Positions 60,801 through 64,000 of a stretch of 64,000 nt of DNA are shown piece after piece. The translations under genes were made by a program, and so were the position numbers. Every line of letters begins with the position of its first letter. Position 1 is the first letter of the stretch. The notes under the pieces are model-generated. The model made no database searches. It had not been told where the DNA came from and was given only the letters and a program-made list of their open reading frames with translations. This DNA is from Hormiphora californensis (taxonomy: Eukaryota; Animalia; Ctenophora): contig CM035361.1 of assembly GCA_020137815.1 (NCBI GenBank), positions 3,162,001 to 3,226,000 of the forward strand. Direction: 5' to 3'.

Positions 60801-61549
60801 GATGGAACTATACAGGTCTGATTTTGCTTGTTATTATACTTGTTTTACCACCCTTTCCTTCAGAGGTTACATCATTGCCCGCTGCCAAGGAGTATGTGCA
60901 CTACGGGGAGGGTATAACCCTGACCTGTGACTGGAAGGTAGATACACTCGATGATACATACACCGCTACTACATGGACTATAACAGGGGGTTCCATTGTA
61001 GCAGAGAGCAACGCAGCCACCTCTAACCAGAATACCGGCAATAAAATACAGATGGTGTATGAAAAGGCAAACGCTGATATTACAAAGGCATCGGGAGATA
61101 CGTACAAGTGTGCAGTAACCATGACAACTAAGGATGATTTAGAAGCTACTACCGACCTCATGATTCATTGTACGTAAATCACACTAATGTTTTATAATAC
61201 GTGATTTAAAAGTGTCTAAACCAATTCATTATACCCTCCAGGGATAGAGCCACTGACATCTAACGCCTTTGAGATTAACACTGAAACATTCACCTGTAAA
61301 TACTCGGGTTCCACCGCTCCTGTATTTACCTGGAAAGTGGGGTCAACTACCGTTAGTGATGGAACCACATACGGGATAGCTCAGGATGGAGCTTGGGATA
61401 CTACCAACTATATGGAGAACAGTGTCCTTACTTTTAAAGACGACCTAGTATCTATCCAGGATGTCACAACTATTGACTGTGTGATCACATTTCATAGCAA
61501 CGATGATAAAATTTCCACTGACGTCCGACTTCACCATCGATGTAAGAGG

Positions 61550-61581
<32 letters not shown>

Positions 61582-63523
61582 AGGAGAGAGAAGGAGAGAG
61601 AGGGAGAGGGAGAGACAGAGCGAGAGACAGAGACAGAGACAGTGACAGAGACAGAGACAGAGACAGTGACAGAGACAGTGACAGAGACCTGAGACAGAGA
61701 CAGAGACAGAGACAGAGACAGAGACAGAGACAGAGACAGAGACAGAGACAGAGACAGAGACAGAGAATACTGTGACACTGACTATAAGCACAATAATTTT
61801 AACACGTCTTGTTCACACAGGGATACGTGCGTATAGCCAGAAAACCTATGCACTGGGTGGTCAAATAGTACTAAGTTGCACGATTTACTACGGCCGGAAT
61901 GGGGTGGCAACGACCGATGTCTCTTGGACTGGTATTCATGCGAGCGTCGATATTAGCAAGTACACAATTGACAAGGGTACTAATGCCAATGGTGAACGGA
62001 CCACAACCCTCACATTCCCCGACACCAATGACATCAACATTGATTCTACCTACACCTGCGAGTTCTCATTTGACGACTCTCCTGATCTTGATGCTTACAA
62101 GCAGACCATAGAGGTTGTCGTACGACGTAAGTACACATACTAGAATCTAGTATTACTATATTCACGGCCTTCAAGTTGTTTAATTACCCTCTCGCAACTA
62201 ACATGTCCTTCTTCTTTGCAGTTGCCCAGTCAGAGGATAACATCTTTGCACGAGAGGGAGATGCCAAGGTAGATCTGGAGTGTACCCTGTTGGGTTCAGA
62301 AACAGAGAACGGTGCAACTTGGACCACTGGTTCAACAACCATCACTACTGGAGGGGACTACACCATCACCACCACCGCCAAGAAAACTGTACTGAGTATA
62401 GCGAACCCTACCCATGATGAGAGAGATGGGGAGTACACGTGTAAATTCGACTTCGAAAATCAGCCCAATTTCTTCCCGACATCCGTCATCAATCTAGATG
62501 TCCTATGTAAGTAATTCGTTATGAGCAATCTAGTTGGCCACACATTTCTTTCAGGGTCGAGGTCATTTAGAAATTTAACTACATGTTATTACTTTGAATT
62601 ACATTTCAACCCTAGAAAGCTTCTCTCTCCTCTAATTGCCGAGATTTGCATGCCCACTCGTTTGAGTGTTTTCACGTCCTTCCCTTACTGTGTTTGGGTA
62701 CGGCACCCCTATTCGTCGCGAGACCTGTACTGTCGACTCAGAACGAAATAGAACCCCCTTCTCAGCGATAACAACTGAACCTCCCCTCCCCAGTGATAAC
62801 AACTGAACCTTCACCCTCCCCAGCGATAACACCAGGGCACCGTGATGTGATAACAGGCACTGAAACAGCACTGACATGCCTGGTAGAGGGCCAACAAGAC
62901 GCTGTCACTTTCCAGTGGACAGACAGTTCCTCCTCCGCAGTGACTTCGGGAGTAGTATCAGACACTGACATCACTAACAACGAACAGAAGAGTGTATTAA
63001 CGGTGATACCTATAACTGCGGACACCACTTATACGTGTGAAGTAATCGGAACAAACCCAGCGAATACCATCAAAACGACCATCAACGTTAGAATTTTTGG
63101 TAAGTTATATCTATACCATGTCATATTTTGTTGCTGATTTCTCTCATGAACCCCTGAAGTTGAAGTCAGGGATACATTTGCCTGGCTAGACTGTGTTTCG
63201 GGCGCCGCGCCCCCGAATCACCTTCCTACCTTTACAAATGTAAAAGGGATGGTTAGAACATATAACAAGGATACATGGCACACTGGATACATTACAATAA
63301 TGTCATGTTTTCATCTGAACCTTCCAATGTTATTCAATTTTTATTTCAGTGCCCTGTCCCGGTTTCACGGTTAATGGATCAAAAACAACAGTGCAGGACT
63401 CTGATCTGGATGTCATAGTAACTGTTGAATGTCAGAAGAAGCATGTTTTGAAAGGAACAGCAACATTGACCTGTCAGAGTGATGGAACTTGGTCGAGTGA
63501 AATTCCAACGTGTCATAGAGTTG
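57823..63523 (+). CDS. Cassette 5: leader + variable domain + Sushi + about 9 Ig-like domains + Sushi; may continue beyond the window
   Basis: Exons 57823-57886, 58152-58589, 58671-58850, [59024-59292 frameshifted], 59378-59539, 59636-59764, 60092-60493, 60598-60744, 60864-61169, 61242-61541, 61821-62126, 62222-62506, 62824-63099, 63350-63523. Ig hallmarks: L.C...W...L.....D.G.Y.C (e.g. LECTLL..ATW..VLSI..DGEYTC). All phase 1. Confidence 0.85.
59767..59903. mobile_element. Small intronic insertion with 11-bp flanking direct repeats and twin GC-rich GAA-loop hairpins
   Basis: aagtattccct at 59767 and 59893; ccgcaccgggcc-gaa-ggcccggtgcgg and ctacgcgaggccgc-gaa-gcggcctcgcgtag. Confidence 0.6.
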
Positions 63524-64000
63524 GTAAGTTTATCGGGGCGGGAGGCTAGAACTTTTATTAAATTAGGTGATTGTGTTTTTTACCTTCGTCCTTAGTTTGT
63601 TATGGCGATTGCTATGATCGTGACACTTCAAATTTGTCTGTAAGTTGTAACTTCAAAAGTGTTTAGGGGCACTTTTGTTGTTTACTACTGACACAATAAG
63701 TTGTATCTGTGTATCTGTATCTGTATCTGTATGTGACAGACTGACGAAACCACATGATTAGTTTTCCTAACAGAGTACTCAATTACTGTGTACTTTGTTA
63801 GGAAAACTAATTAACTATTACACAATTATGTATCATATAACAAAATTGTGTTTTAAATAACCATTATTTTACTATTTCAACTACTAACCGTTGCTATATC
63901 ATCCGGTGCTATATAAATATGGGGAGGAGTGGCCGATAAACTCTTGAGCTGTTCTATCGCCTCTGTTAGTGTGGCACTGAGAAAAAGGTAAGATAAAAAC

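Overview
Repeat-rich, intron-dense animal DNA. It is most likely a cydippid ctenophore such as Pleurobrachia or Hormiphora; this is inferred from the MITE families and the expanded 'W..PLQIKTDS...IWT..KT...TASDFYR' domain and was not verified. Left half, minus strand: a 9-exon class A GPCR (4736-7943), a possible small secreted-peptide gene (~11.5-11.8 kb) and an 18-exon acyl-CoA oxidase (18665-27042). Right half, plus strand: a tandem array of five cassettes, each built as [AG acceptor + 21-aa leader exon] - [~148-aa domain with three hypervariable patches, mosaic between copies] - [1-2 Sushi/CCP exons]. All junctions are phase 1 and no cassette has an obvious terminal exon. The last cassette carries a block of ~9 Ig-like domains. 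This looks like a diversified recognition-receptor locus and is the main candidate novel system. The array is interleaved with the 3' half of DDX49 (minus strand), a duplicated DDX49-ACOX junction, two tail-to-tail non-LTR retrotransposons meeting at a (TG)n tract, and many MITEs. One of these is a foldback element carrying two convergent 5S rRNA-derived internal promoter segments. All exon boundaries were read by eye.
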